IMG/VR virus record: IMGVR_UViG_3300036770_004917
Span: 1 to 64,000 of that record
Source of the DNA: a virus
Strand: one strand, 5' to 3'
DNA: 64,000 nucleotides
The notes under the pieces were generated by a model. That model made no database searches. It worked only from the letters and a program-made list of their open reading frames with translations, and was not told where the DNA came from. The position numbers and the translations under genes are program-made. Below are positions 39,701 to 48,500 of this stretch, piece after piece. Position 1 is the stretch's first letter; every line of letters starts with the position of its first letter.

Positions 39701-40833
39701 GATTCTGGTGAGAAATCGCCTTCCCATATGAATTCTTCACCGCCAAGACCAGCATCTGCAAATATTCCTCCACCAAGCGTTGGGTCATTTTGTCTTTGTT
39801 CTGCCGCAGATTTGCCAAATAGAAACTTCCTAAACGCCTCATCGGCTTCGGCCTCCCTGCCAGGACCATACTTTTCACGGAATAGTCCGTGAAGCCCCTG
39901 AATGAGGTCAGCATTGGCGGAAGACGATGCTTCATCGGCGGTGACTCCGAATCTCTCAAGCAATCCATCAACTCTGGCATTAAAATCGGCATCGGCGAGT
40001 TGAGTTGCTTCGCGTGGCTGAACTGCGTTTGCCCTGGTTGCCTTGAAACGATTTTGTTGCTCACGCTCATATGGTGTGAGGCTTCTCCCGTATTGCCTGA
40101 CTTCTGCTCCGCGCTCAGCCATTGCATCTAGGCGTCTACCAACACGGAAAGCGGCCCTAACCACGCTCCCCAGTCCAATGGTATTGCAGTTGGACATATC
40201 AATGTCAGTGAATTGGTTGGCGTTCGGCGTCCCAGGTGGGCAACGCAGTTTTCCATTAGCATCAATGATGCCGCCCGCCGCCTGGAATGCCTGAGTTGAT
40301 ACGCGCCCCATTGTTGAGCCAATACTGCGGCCCAATTCCTTAATCCGAACTTCGTTTTCTATTTCGGTAGTCAACTCGCCATCGGAGTCTCTTTTATATT
40401 TACGAAGGAATACGCCAGGACGACTTGAAATTTCTTCTTGTGATTTTTTGATTGCGGCGAGTGCTTCTTCTCGCGTTTTGGGACCAGGTGGGTCAATCCA
40501 GCCAAACTTTGCGCCCTTTGGAGAAGTCAACTCAGCAAACGTGGTTGTCAACTTAAGGATTTGACCGGGCTTTCTTTTGGCCTTGGGGTCCCAGTCAAGT
40601 TTTAGTGTTGGCTCATCATTATTTTCGCCAGTCTCGTCACGTTCAGCACCAGAACCTTCGGCTTTTGCACCTTCTGGTAGGGCCTTAACTGCAATATTGG
40701 CATTGAGGGTCGGACGAGCAGCGGAATGCATCCGTAGTTCTTTGAAATAAAGACAGACCTCATTGACATTGCGGTCGCTGAGACGACCAACCTTGCGGCT
40801 TATGTGCCTATGAGGGATTCCTTTACCCGCCAT
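30727..40833 (-). CDS. Giant polyvalent protein C (~3370 aa): RCPxG motif, zincin, degenerate VIP2-like ART, DUF3626-like domain, KTSC, two tandem ParB-like modules
   Basis: ATG at 40833 with GGAG SD (ORF track starts at 40845); HEFGH..EGTAE; PAGT.A...ILIPPG; RTAYT.GD..EA.IGGGI..DIE; two DGHHRWA; 5 exact STRS. Confidence 0.85.
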   Translation of the reverse strand: MAGKGIPHRHISRKVGRLSDRNVNEVCLYFKELRMHSAARPTLNANIAVKALPEGAKAEGSGAERDETGENNDEPTLKLDWDPKAKRKPGQILKLTTTFAELTSPKGAKFGWIDPPGPKTREEALAAIKKSQEEISSRPGVFLRKYKRDSDGELTTEIENEVRIKELGRSIGSTMGRVSTQAFQAAGGIIDANGKLRCPPGTPNANQFTDIDMSNCNTIGLGSVVRAAFRVGRRLDAMAERGAEVRQYGRSLTPYEREQQNRFKATRANAVQPREATQLADADFNARVDGLLERFGVTADEASSSANADLIQGLHGLFREKYGPGREAEADEAFRKFLFGKSAAEQRQNDPTLGGGIFADAGLGGEEFIWEGDFSPESIAANTKRYNEMMDRAIAKFIPDEVKPFLTSSDPKEREVAQKYVQAIRERHHAAQREFLKSYVYLQDKYPDATERVGELRALMPYDLTPNEEFLGVEGSTVAQYDEYGDIKVPMSFNALGMALHAAAVDEDTFKITDDGSIFIDAPGAASEAQKRALLLSALEDISDAMLYAEIVGADGYANDTSAARLQAALGLDPVRGKARHVAFHEFGHVMQYHAVQQNIIDIYEKNGKFTIDTPNGLVDFIEPPSTWTNKQWAEAVSSLMFRGDNRYQFPPGGAHRFEKSLVNIFAGKRYQSELADAEKAAREGGDVSQALQRALVEGTAEVFAQRELGILGGPEVDDSIAWFLPENINTKKVRDIPYDVPPEVDLVPPTPDSPPVPDVPTNTGPPTAPPGNGGTVINVNIHAPINIVINNNYGDGVQGGEAPEAGAAKPRQVDLRWMDLAGHMYFDDETQWQPESIHNLPIEQNPDEISRFVDVAFGLGPEEGGPDPNDPLGEIRQAKDAYWKMTPEQMDARYEKLESEYRKLIEKSKTEPLTADEQARMWLAIKGMRQILDVNTRKSKLSDEEVEKYKARGINPQPGKYMRRVDSALRPKQKGLRNSAINKRKSRGYDDIVEVDDDELAHWSREIANHAGDAVGGRDGFDATSRPYEPGSIRDTPGMTSKEKRKLNPNYKPTQEEIESATLRSDPALVGRRKIDEIIEKLNAEQKDVIESDEPVEMRPAWLTVSDAVSGDTESLRSAIDTSARARQRLRDGAGTMSTPDPKSQDELLENQLRDTVIPTLDILELSTTDTDMSFVAAMELDGDLTPGAKIDHSGPIRGLLIDGQSADGLKFADPTTAKRVMVTMPAGTRAMHTKNGHDGDTDGILIPPGTLEVMKVDTDGTVVLMPSRQKTKSEVLGDLADSIDSVEAERGSLADSEKRALKRLLDTEIGKTEIPQRTTRGASGDASARLLQTTRSSSVGAAFRESGSSFFGTESTNTDAGSLLQPVDNSGRIGRMVTADKTRAAKAAEISKLRDELEKVRDGGVENEDFWNLFNEISDQTKQLIFSSTADELTKTVEEAVFKYHEAFDDRPRVAITPEQLGGLLSDGVLGNIFDNKPGSLAASLQKSFESDNGLSDSTPDNLRSQFGYLVHAMSQKEIQDYLDSLPPDGMARSARFFSEGPEFSQHAEFKSGGKTVELIMVPETARRTAYTKGDIMDGARQATPMLSTNRSEVLAAHVSGPDSGNSEIDNMRETIGILDSVASGTYAAFGTPSTSTRSSRSTSSGPSAEAVIGGGIRTSDIEAIKVDSLELNNYKIDADEIGGRDRLKNVLRQSFIDNDLDEILDALLTGDMDKVPKEAQHLIAPFNRMRLVLAARKAQADHKSRGGEPPLIFGNPDGFDISDIDSFTNLSHIDQNSSPEEKLFQRLRYDAHGASTRRFSARNEPNPRDVSGKSIYTPESLKRRNDYYTNGRLTTLSSDSDVFPTVSTTDTPDTGSGQQIDVKPVNPKTVDLINREVEKGRTTSASGLSRVGKGQRTQIDVRRSKLIEKITYDDSTNELIVTWKGNEAGRGTERYTGFSPELVRVLEETFKDDSDGSSNPILISEAVNHIASVARTSERMPDANAHARELSDAEKARLRSEGLRSARTTTRSTTASDIESRVSRSVSDPDSISTRSASSPREVRGTSGNTSTTPPAKRKIADIYKDVSGLGKPENNGGLHQLDDDELFEKFGVERSGNMALIDGQEVFVANDLETAAALIAAGYHVELGPDAPSPTLLVQASAKLQKELDEFLKSENRDLTAVIDTCRLYAGGTNLWCEGGLGTLRADMPQIAGRMRSEDTAAARAAKAGVVKVDWKAGRRDADGNLTKLTPEEKTRFDELKAKHAKLNKDGTVSPSTFEDGEMEEFYSMVDWNDTEANLTEEFKQYVKRLSAKVNPDKNPDEVIYDQDGIDPESLAVSQGQIQMSKTGGMVTSMKNHDHSFKAYMADIHPEIEYGSDEYYDMRDRWLYGKPKPDGSAFAVPLIDGEGRKLNSDGDPIGEGGTQGIISQPWFTNGSIISTSDGYVVDGHHRWASFIAYNHGQDERAKLKLKSVVIDAPIQDALAIGKAYQEHWGIKAAVLGKERMFERVDGAGSMDMDAKKSHIDALFEEDADGIPLAQRMSRDIYKDLYEQKEGFGYVQKISGQDRGATPRSTRSSRTAREAVGENRREATKARVTEKAGTSPQAEAVPTTAAQKRFDEIQRIEQNKRGALHEMGEDELKTLGLSRVEGKTGITDGQPVYKAETPESAVALMALGYNVELGDNAKAKQLKKGIKNFQKEIDSYLKLRNDLSEEEKAMYKIDACRMYVPNSNIFCGKNIGTKRMRMPQISGRLKGDDTVGARAAKAGLVKTSWEAREDLTPEQRERFDELKKRHPNPKGEYPEGQGPLTEDERKEFYDLVNWKDTEVDFVPNFMDHLRRKAGREDIVTTKNGVSPDDYTASQSEIQAEKVSGMLNGIDESYSAFLKWSESKGIKRGSKEFFKLRQEWLDGKYDGQVPVLDENGNQVMDKGKPKFAEAWWAKGAIITSNDGYVVDGHHRWAAVHMFNQDLPEGEKLTINTQEIDVGIFDALNLAKSYQNQVGIKEAKLGLEDDYVKDDSVPDMSKDEFDDFVRKTDDDLDANYQEVRDSGAYIPDGAYARTRGGRRTSGFITRERPRTTQDIFGVARSEVASTRSSREPRAFSDDYPAMAELGIDPRPSAGPDGEIEDDGNRALAEGILRGATKAQQKEMEQIASDAVASVRRQQDEIRSQIINELGSEEALDALLTFDMPTPRAWSDMSDEKRASIREMLDSVSRIEEQTFSETIDRLVAMSDERRRGRNANIAAAKRIARPDTRELTSTRSSRQTQRTGTRFTSDIARGIGKQIDGEQLTRDLSGAFKKNGTAGVLSQLRKTLRNDSSGWVIDYALSEGYISKSQAAFLRKLAKRLFGKPSTGRGAKSAYTEDGLIFADLLSPPMTAHKETPWL

Positions 40834-40856
40834 TCCGGGCTCCAATCCCGACTGTA

Positions 40857-42425
40857 TTACTTGTCGTCGCCGACTTCTGTTTGCAGAAGTTCAAACTCCA
40901 CGAGGCTCTTAAGGAACTCTCCTTCAGAGTCACCATCAACAGAGATACTCTTTTCGCCCGCAGCCCATTCTGCTGGAATCAGTTTTTCCATACCGAGTTC
41001 CATTGCGCGCTTCATGATGTGACGCTTGGCAGCAGGAATATCTTTCGCTCTGCCGTGAGCCATAATTGCGTTGCGTAGGTCAGCCTCTCCGGAGATTGGG
41101 AAAGAGCCGTCTTCCATTGCTTCACCAGACTCAGCCATTTGCTGGCGTGTCTCTTCGGAGAAGGCGCGCTTGAGTGAAATTTCTGCAGCCTCGGCCTCAA
41201 TCTCATCAACATCGTCCGGCTCCCACTTGTCCCACCCGAGAACCTCGCCATCCAGGGCAACGTAAACGTCATAGGACTTGCTGTCAAAACCGTCCACTTC
41301 CACCTGATAAGCATCAAAGCCCTCAAACACGCTGGGCTCAACCGCCATGACGGTTCCAGGAACCGACTTAACGGCAATCTCAGCAGCCTCGTTGAAGTCG
41401 ATGAGTTCAATGTCGTCCATAAGTGACTTCTGCTCAAAAATGCTGTCGTCAAGACGATGGAAACCAAGAACCTCTGCAGTTGTTCCGTCAATGAAAACTT
41501 CATTCACGTAGCCAGACTTGGTCTGAACGTCAACGACAAACATGTCTGCTTCTGAGGAATAGCCAGAGTCAATTACATCGCCCTTGAACATTGTTTCAGC
41601 AAGACCCTCGACATGCAACAAGCCGGGCAGACCCTTCTCTGCAACACAACCACCAGGGCAGTCATCGCAGACAGAGATAGAGCCAGGGTAAACCTTGCGC
41701 TCAATTGCGCACATAAACCCATTGAGTCCAATATCGGCTGACTTTGTACCGAGCGAACGGAGGCGCTTCAGGCGGGCTGCTTCAAGGTCTGGAGTCATTC
41801 CAGAAGCAGCAGGACGCATGGGCATTACATCGCCCATCTCATCTTCGTCTTCCTCATCCTCCATCATTTCCTCGTCTTCGTCACCCTCCATCATCTCTTC
41901 GTCCTCTTCCTTGTAGGACATCATGCGCTTGCCCCAGCGCATACCCTTGGGGGTTGCCATTGGCTCCATGTCTTCTTCTTCGTCCATCATGTCGCCGTCA
42001 GCCTCGGGCATGGGCATGCGCATGCGCATACCACCCTTGCCGTTCGCATACATTTCTTCGTCCATCTCTTCGTCCATCATGGGCATACGCATGCGCATGC
42101 CACCCTTCTTCATGGGCTCAAGGTAATCGGATACTGCGGAATCCTCTTCGTCTTCCATATCAACATCCATGCTCATGCCCATTTCTTTCTTGGCACGACG
42201 CATCATGAGCATCTTCTTGTACTCCTCTTCGGACATCTCATCCTCGGGCAGTTCGGCAACTTCGTTAACGGGCACCATCTTGACCTCGACGGCCATTGCG
42301 CCACACTTTCCACATACCTTGGAGCCAGCCTTGTAGCCACACTCTCCACCTGCAAGGCCTTTGGCGCACTTAGCAACCGCACCATCACTGTCAATTTTTA
42401 CGATTGCTTTTTGCTCATAACTCAT
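40857..42425 (-). CDS. Acidic Met-rich scaffold-like protein with Cys clusters, two PepSY-like domains and a DGSFPI motif
   Basis: AAGGAG SD; C..C...CGKC; D/E/M-rich region; EAAEIA...PG.V..VE...Y.VEV...DVYV..DGEVLG; DGSFPI..DL.NAI..GR. Confidence 0.75.
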   Translation of the reverse strand: MSYEQKAIVKIDSDGAVAKCAKGLAGGECGYKAGSKVCGKCGAMAVEVKMVPVNEVAELPEDEMSEEEYKKMLMMRRAKKEMGMSMDVDMEDEEDSAVSDYLEPMKKGGMRMRMPMMDEEMDEEMYANGKGGMRMRMPMPEADGDMMDEEEDMEPMATPKGMRWGKRMMSYKEEDEEMMEGDEDEEMMEDEEDEDEMGDVMPMRPAASGMTPDLEAARLKRLRSLGTKSADIGLNGFMCAIERKVYPGSISVCDDCPGGCVAEKGLPGLLHVEGLAETMFKGDVIDSGYSSEADMFVVDVQTKSGYVNEVFIDGTTAEVLGFHRLDDSIFEQKSLMDDIELIDFNEAAEIAVKSVPGTVMAVEPSVFEGFDAYQVEVDGFDSKSYDVYVALDGEVLGWDKWEPDDVDEIEAEAAEISLKRAFSEETRQQMAESGEAMEDGSFPISGEADLRNAIMAHGRAKDIPAAKRHIMKRAMELGMEKLIPAEWAAGEKSISVDGDSEGEFLKSLVEFELLQTEVGDDK

Positions 42426-42580
42426 TGTTGCGACTCCTTGTAGTTTGGACCACAGCGAACTGTTTTACTCCATTGGGATAGTAGTCGCGGCGACGACCTC
42501 CCGGTGGAAAGGTTAAATATAAATTGTCTCCTGGGTTTAGAGTATACAGCAATTATGTGCTGTCATTTCTGCAACTTTTG

Positions 42581-45500
42581 CTAATCATTCAGGGCAATCT
42601 CTACCTCGTCGCCGTTCTCATTTATCTTAGTAATTGTTCGTGAGTGAACTGGTTCTGCTGTTCTGTTGATGAATGTGGCCATGGCAGCCTTCGCCATTAG
42701 TTCTGCCATTTCGCCAAATAGGGCCATCCTTGCTTCGCCACCCCGCTCCACCTGTCTGTCTAGCGCAACATAAAGTGCTTCAATAATTTCGTCAATTTCG
42801 TCTTGCGTTAAATACAGGGCACCAGCATTGGTTCTCCTGTCGCTCAATTTCCCGGATTTCTGACGGGTCAATGTCTTCTTCAATAAGTTCAGGGCGGCAG
42901 AATGACGCGGGTCATCGGCCTTGCTTATCTCCCTATCAAGCGAATTAAGGAGTTCGTTGAATTTCGTACGCTCTGCACGTATTTCTGCCCTGCCTTCCTT
43001 GACCGAAGACCGAGTGGAGCGAGTACTTTGCATAACCTCATTTTTGCGTGCAGCAAAATATGCATCAATGGCACGACCACGGATGCGTGGTACATATCTG
43101 GTTTTTGGAACAATGTCCATTTCGGGCATTGAGCGGACAAGGGGGGCCCCACGCCCTGGTGCCTTGTCAATGAATTCATCAGTCATTAATTCATTGCGCA
43201 ATTTATTTAGATAATCACGAGTTCCAGATGCCCTATCAATACTATTTTGTACATACTTTTTGCCAATTACGGAAGCACGCGGAGCAAATCCATTGGGTTT
43301 TCCATCCATCGCGTCAACGACAAAATCACTAGTCAGGTAATCATCCAGAATGTCAATTGCGTCATCAATATTTCCGATACCAAAATCAATCCCAGCACCA
43401 TCAGCATCCGCGAATAATTTCTTGACATCGTCCCATACCTGAGAGTGCCGATTGTCCTGATATCTGGTTGAATAAACCGAATCAAGTTCACTCTGGTACT
43501 CCCCTATGATGCTTCCAATTCCTGAAGCAATTCGCTGCCTGCGAACCCTGGCAGCCGTTGGGTTGGACGGGGTGCTGACGGGAGAATCCTCACCTCTAGT
43601 GGGCGATGGTGCTGTCGCTTTTGGTGGTGCAGTAATGTCTACTGGCAATTGGATTCCACTGCGAGTCGGGCGGACGGGAGACTGAACTCTTGATGACCGG
43701 ACAGGAACAGGAGGCAAGTCCAGGTCTTCGTCCTCAAGACCTAGTTCTCGCCGCTTATCAATGGCATCAAGAAGTTTTTGACTTGAGGCCATAATGTCAT
43801 CCCATATCAAGTTAAGGTCGTTGTCGGGTATTTCGCTAACTCCAGTCCTGCGCTTATCTGCTTCAGGCCTTAAGCGGCGCACTACGTCTGCTGCCTGCAT
43901 GTGGTTTAGGTTGCGGAAATCATTGTAGAAGACACTTCTTGACTCATTATCTAGAATATCTCTTGTTTTCATGCCAAGTGATTCCCAAGATTTTGCAAAA
44001 TCCGGAGTTGCGGCAGTGCCAGAACCGTTGCCGTAAATAACACTCTCGTAGTTATCACGACGCTTGAGGTTGTCTTGGACCATATTGAGTGCATCCATAA
44101 CTTCGCGAGCCTGCTTGATGGCATCGCTTTGTCTCAGGCCCTTATCCCCACCACCCTGCACCATGTTCTCTTTAATCCATGACAATTTGTCCAACGGTGC
44201 CATATCCGCATAGTCCGACGGTGCCATTTCTGCAAATGGTGTTCCTGCTTCGTCACCACCCTTTCTTGGCGCCAAAGACCCAACAGCAGAACGTGTTGGT
44301 GTGGAGAATTCCCTAATAGCATCCAACGACTTCCATGTTGCTATTGTTTTAAATTTCTCGTTAGCAAGTGATTGCGCAACTTTCATATTTGAACCTTGCG
44401 CCCAATCAAGAAGTTTTTGGCGACGCTCTTTATTTAGCGAGTAGGGTGCCCCTGAGTTGAACAGTGAGTTCACGTCAGTTCCGTTTGTCTGAGGGAATTC
44501 GGTTGCATCAAATTTTAATTTTGGTGATGATGCTGCATGGTCAAGCAATGCAGCACTTGCCGTGCCATCACTCATATTCGATGAACGAAGAGCAGTTATA
44601 CCATCACGAATAAACTCATACTCTGCTGGCGACATACTGAATGCAGTCTTGAGTCCACCACTCTGTCCACCAGCAATAAGTTTGTCATAGACATCAATCG
44701 CCGAAGTGATTTCGCGATTATTGGCAAAACGCTTTCTCAATTCTGCCAGTTCATCACGAACTATTCCAGCATCATTGTTGTCCAAAATAATGCTAATGGT
44801 ATTTGATGGCGTTTTTGGAAGAGGACGATACATGGGTGCTATTCCATCTGGCAAAAGGCGCGCACTCCTAGAATCCTCTAGTGCATCAACGATGTTAATC
44901 GCGGCAGCAGCCTCTTGATTCGCAAATAGTTTCTTAGCAATTGAGTGAGCCCTGATTGGGTCAACGGGAGCAACCTCGTCCCTGGATGATGCCGAATAAG
45001 CACCTGCAAGATTCTTTATTAGAGATGTTTCCGTAGAACTTAGTTTCACTCTCCGGGCATCTCGTTCAAGGAGTTGGGCAAGCCCTGGGACAAGACCGCG
45101 ACGGCTGCCATCTGGCGATACCGTATAACTGGAATCTTTATCAAGTTGATTTAGCGATGCGTCAACTGTCTTTCTGCTTTTAAGGAAAGTATCAATAACC
45201 TCATCATTCATTCCGCCATAGCGATAAATGCCGCCATTCCTGCCGATAATGAGTTCATTGCGGTTCCCATCGTATGCGACGAATGAAACATTGGAATTAG
45301 CGAACTTGCTTGAGCGACCAGGGAATAATTGTTCCGAATTTCGCAAATCAGTACCCATTTTGACTGTTGCCTTACTCGTTATCCGAGGGGATGCAACACT
45401 CCGAGTTGATGGGGATATCGCCAATACGGCTTGTTCGTCTAGTTCTGTAGCGGTTGTATTAATGACGGCTTGTTTTGCATCGGCCAGTTTTCTCTTGCGA

Positions 45501-48500
45501 CGAACGGAGAGGATTGCATTTTCGAGTATGTCTGATGCAGATTTATTGATGAACGACCTATCTTCATCATCAATGTCTCTTCCATTGATGATTGAGTCAA
45601 CTTCAAGCATGTCAATGTAGGAGCCAACCTGGTCGTTGCTTGCTAGTTGATTGAGTTCTTCTGCTAGTTCTGACGCTGAGGTGCGATTCATTCCTACTGG
45701 GCGAGACGTGCCACGTGGCCCGGTGTCAAATAATGACCGCTCCAATGCTGAGTCATATTCAAGAAGTGACAAGACATCCGCCCAGTCCTCTTCGGTAAGT
45801 CCAAACCTTTCGGCTGCATCGTTATAGCCTGATGCTTGCTTTTTCGCTTTTTTGTATGATGCTGAAGTGAGTGCTGCCTGACGCTCTTCGCGAACAAGGT
45901 GCTGGGCTGCAGCAAATATTTCATTTACTTCGCGTTCAATAGCCAATATTGACTCATCAAGAAATGCTGAACGATTTTCCATTTCGGCATTCGGCCATTC
46001 ATAATTAACGGCATCAAATTGTGCATCTAGTTCTTTCAACTCATCTCGTGAGTCATTCAGTTCATCTAGCAATCCACGAACTCTTCCGACTATTGCGTCA
46101 GTTGAACCTGCGCGGAAATCCTCTACCGTATCTCTCCATACAGCGGGTATCCGAGTACGTCCGCTACGGGTACTTGCTGGACGATTGGCATTAAGAAGTT
46201 GTTGGTCATCGGGGATAACTGCCGATATGGCATTACCACTCACTAGGTCACGAAGGACCAATTTATTAACACCATCTCGCATTCGCCCAACCGAAGCAAC
46301 CGAATATCTAGCGTCACCCTGTGATGCTAGGGATTGCATGAAGTTATCGGGGAGAATGTCACCAGGTTTGACATCGCTGCCAAATGATATATAAGACATT
46401 GAGCCATCACTATTTTGGGATGACAATGGACGACCGAGCGGCCTGAGTTCGCCACCGGCTCTCATTGCCGAAAGACCATTTATGTATTGTTCTTTCGCAT
46501 TGTTGCCTGGGGCGATAGTGCTTCTCGTAATATTGAGCCATTCCCGAGAAGATGGACCTTCTTTGCGTTTTCCGGGAATCTTGGTTGCCCGGCGCTTTTG
46601 CTCCTGTTCTTGCCTGACTTGTTCTGGCGTCAATTTTTTCATGTCACCAGTAACTTTTTTGTCCCCAGTGACATTCCACTTTTTGCGATTCTTGCCGCGC
46701 TTGGAGCGTGTCGATGGGATGTTACTACCTTGTGCTGTATCGTCGATTTCGTCGCCCATTTGTGTTGCGATACTTTGTCCACGGACACTGCGCGTACCAC
46801 CATATTCATACCCTTCGCCACGTGGTGTTGGTGCATCTGTTTCACCCTCCACTCCACGGATAATGTCACCAATCGCGCTTTTTTCTGAATTTCCGAGAAC
46901 ACCAATGGATAGAGTTTTATCCTTCTTCGGGATTTCCTGAACTCCGGTGCGTCTAGCAAAATCAATCTCGTCTTTATCACTTATGGAATAAGCAAGAATG
47001 TCGGCGCCAGTTTCAGCATAGATACGCTCAATTGCATCTATTTGTTCTTCGGTAAACCGAACATCGCCAGCCTCGAAGCCAATATATGGCCTTATCTGCT
47101 CAAGTACTTTTTCGCCTCTTGAATTTATTTTTTCAGTAATATTCCCACGACTCATGCGGAATCGGACCACCCCATCGTCGTAGGCGTTAAGGTAGTCGTG
47201 TTCGTCTCCGTGCTCACCAATAACTGGATAAAGCGTCCCATCTGGATACAGCCATGCTCCAAAAAAGTCAGAATTAATAAACTCATCCACGGTCATGAAC
47301 TTCATCTGTAGCGGTCGTTTTTCCGAACCCAAACGAGCAGAGTCGTCAGCCTTTGCCCTCATCCGTAGTTCATCACCAATTGCTGCCAATATGTTTGCCG
47401 CCCCCTCATCTGGCTTTCCTCTCATATCAACAATCGCTCGTATGTCCTGCTGAAGGTCTCTCAGCATTTCTGGCGTCATTGATGGCGAACGCAGTGGATA
47501 ATCGGCACGACCACTCAGGAATCTAATTTCCCTCAACGTAGCCCTATTCAACTTCCCGTTGTCTAGTGACTTTGTTATATCGTCAAGGAGTTTGACTAGG
47601 GCTGCATTATTAGCGAGGCGTTTTTCTTGCATTTGTTTTGTAATTTGCTCACGCCTCTGCTGCATGTCTGCCTTCATGACGGCCAGGGCCCTTTGTTCTC
47701 TTGGGGAGATATATGAGCGAGTAGAGCGGGTAGAGGATGACGCAAGCCCATCCGTGCCAGTCGTTCTGCCACGCATTCTCTTGAACAGTCGGCCGATTCC
47801 GCCCGGTTCGCGCTCTGTCAGGGAATGGTCTCCCGAATTGGCAAAAATCTCTGGAGCAACGAGTCCGAAAGACCGAAGAAGTTTGCCATTTTTATTCATA
47901 TCCATTATTTCTGACGCACTAAACCAACCGATTTCAGTGTTTTCCCCATCTCCGATTTTCACATCAGATAGGTCTCGTCTGCCAACTTCGTAGACATGGG
48001 TGTCGTATGCCCAATCCGGAGCACGTTGGTCACGGTAGGAATAAACCGGCAATAGCCCCTCCAAGTCACCGCCAACTTCCTCCCTAAATTCCGTCACCGC
48101 TGTCTCCATCGGAATTTCAGAACTGTCCTTATCCTTATGGACACCACCAGGGAATGACCATTGTCCGCCCCCAGAACTCATCCATGGGGCACGTCTGGCT
48201 AGTAGGTATTCATAATCTCCGGATAGCCCCCTACGGCGTCGCACCAAGGCGCCAGATGCGCCATACCGTCCATTGAATTTTTGGCCAGTAATGGAGAAGT
48301 AGTACCCCTCCCCAGTCTCCTGATTTGAGCCGCCACCTCTTGGTGCAAAGAATGGATATGCGGGTGGCTTTAGTTTGCCTGCACGAAGAAGGGAAACTTC
48401 CCTGCTGGATATTCTGTCCGCATAATAGACACCATCATCACTCTGCAGAATTTTGTATTTTTCCCACGGGCTTGCCGTCTTTTCTTCTTCTATTTCCGCA

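Noticed and set aside
40833-40860. Frameshift fusion of the 522-aa and 3372-aa ORFs
   Set aside because: No slippery run; the downstream gene has its own GGAG SD and ATG
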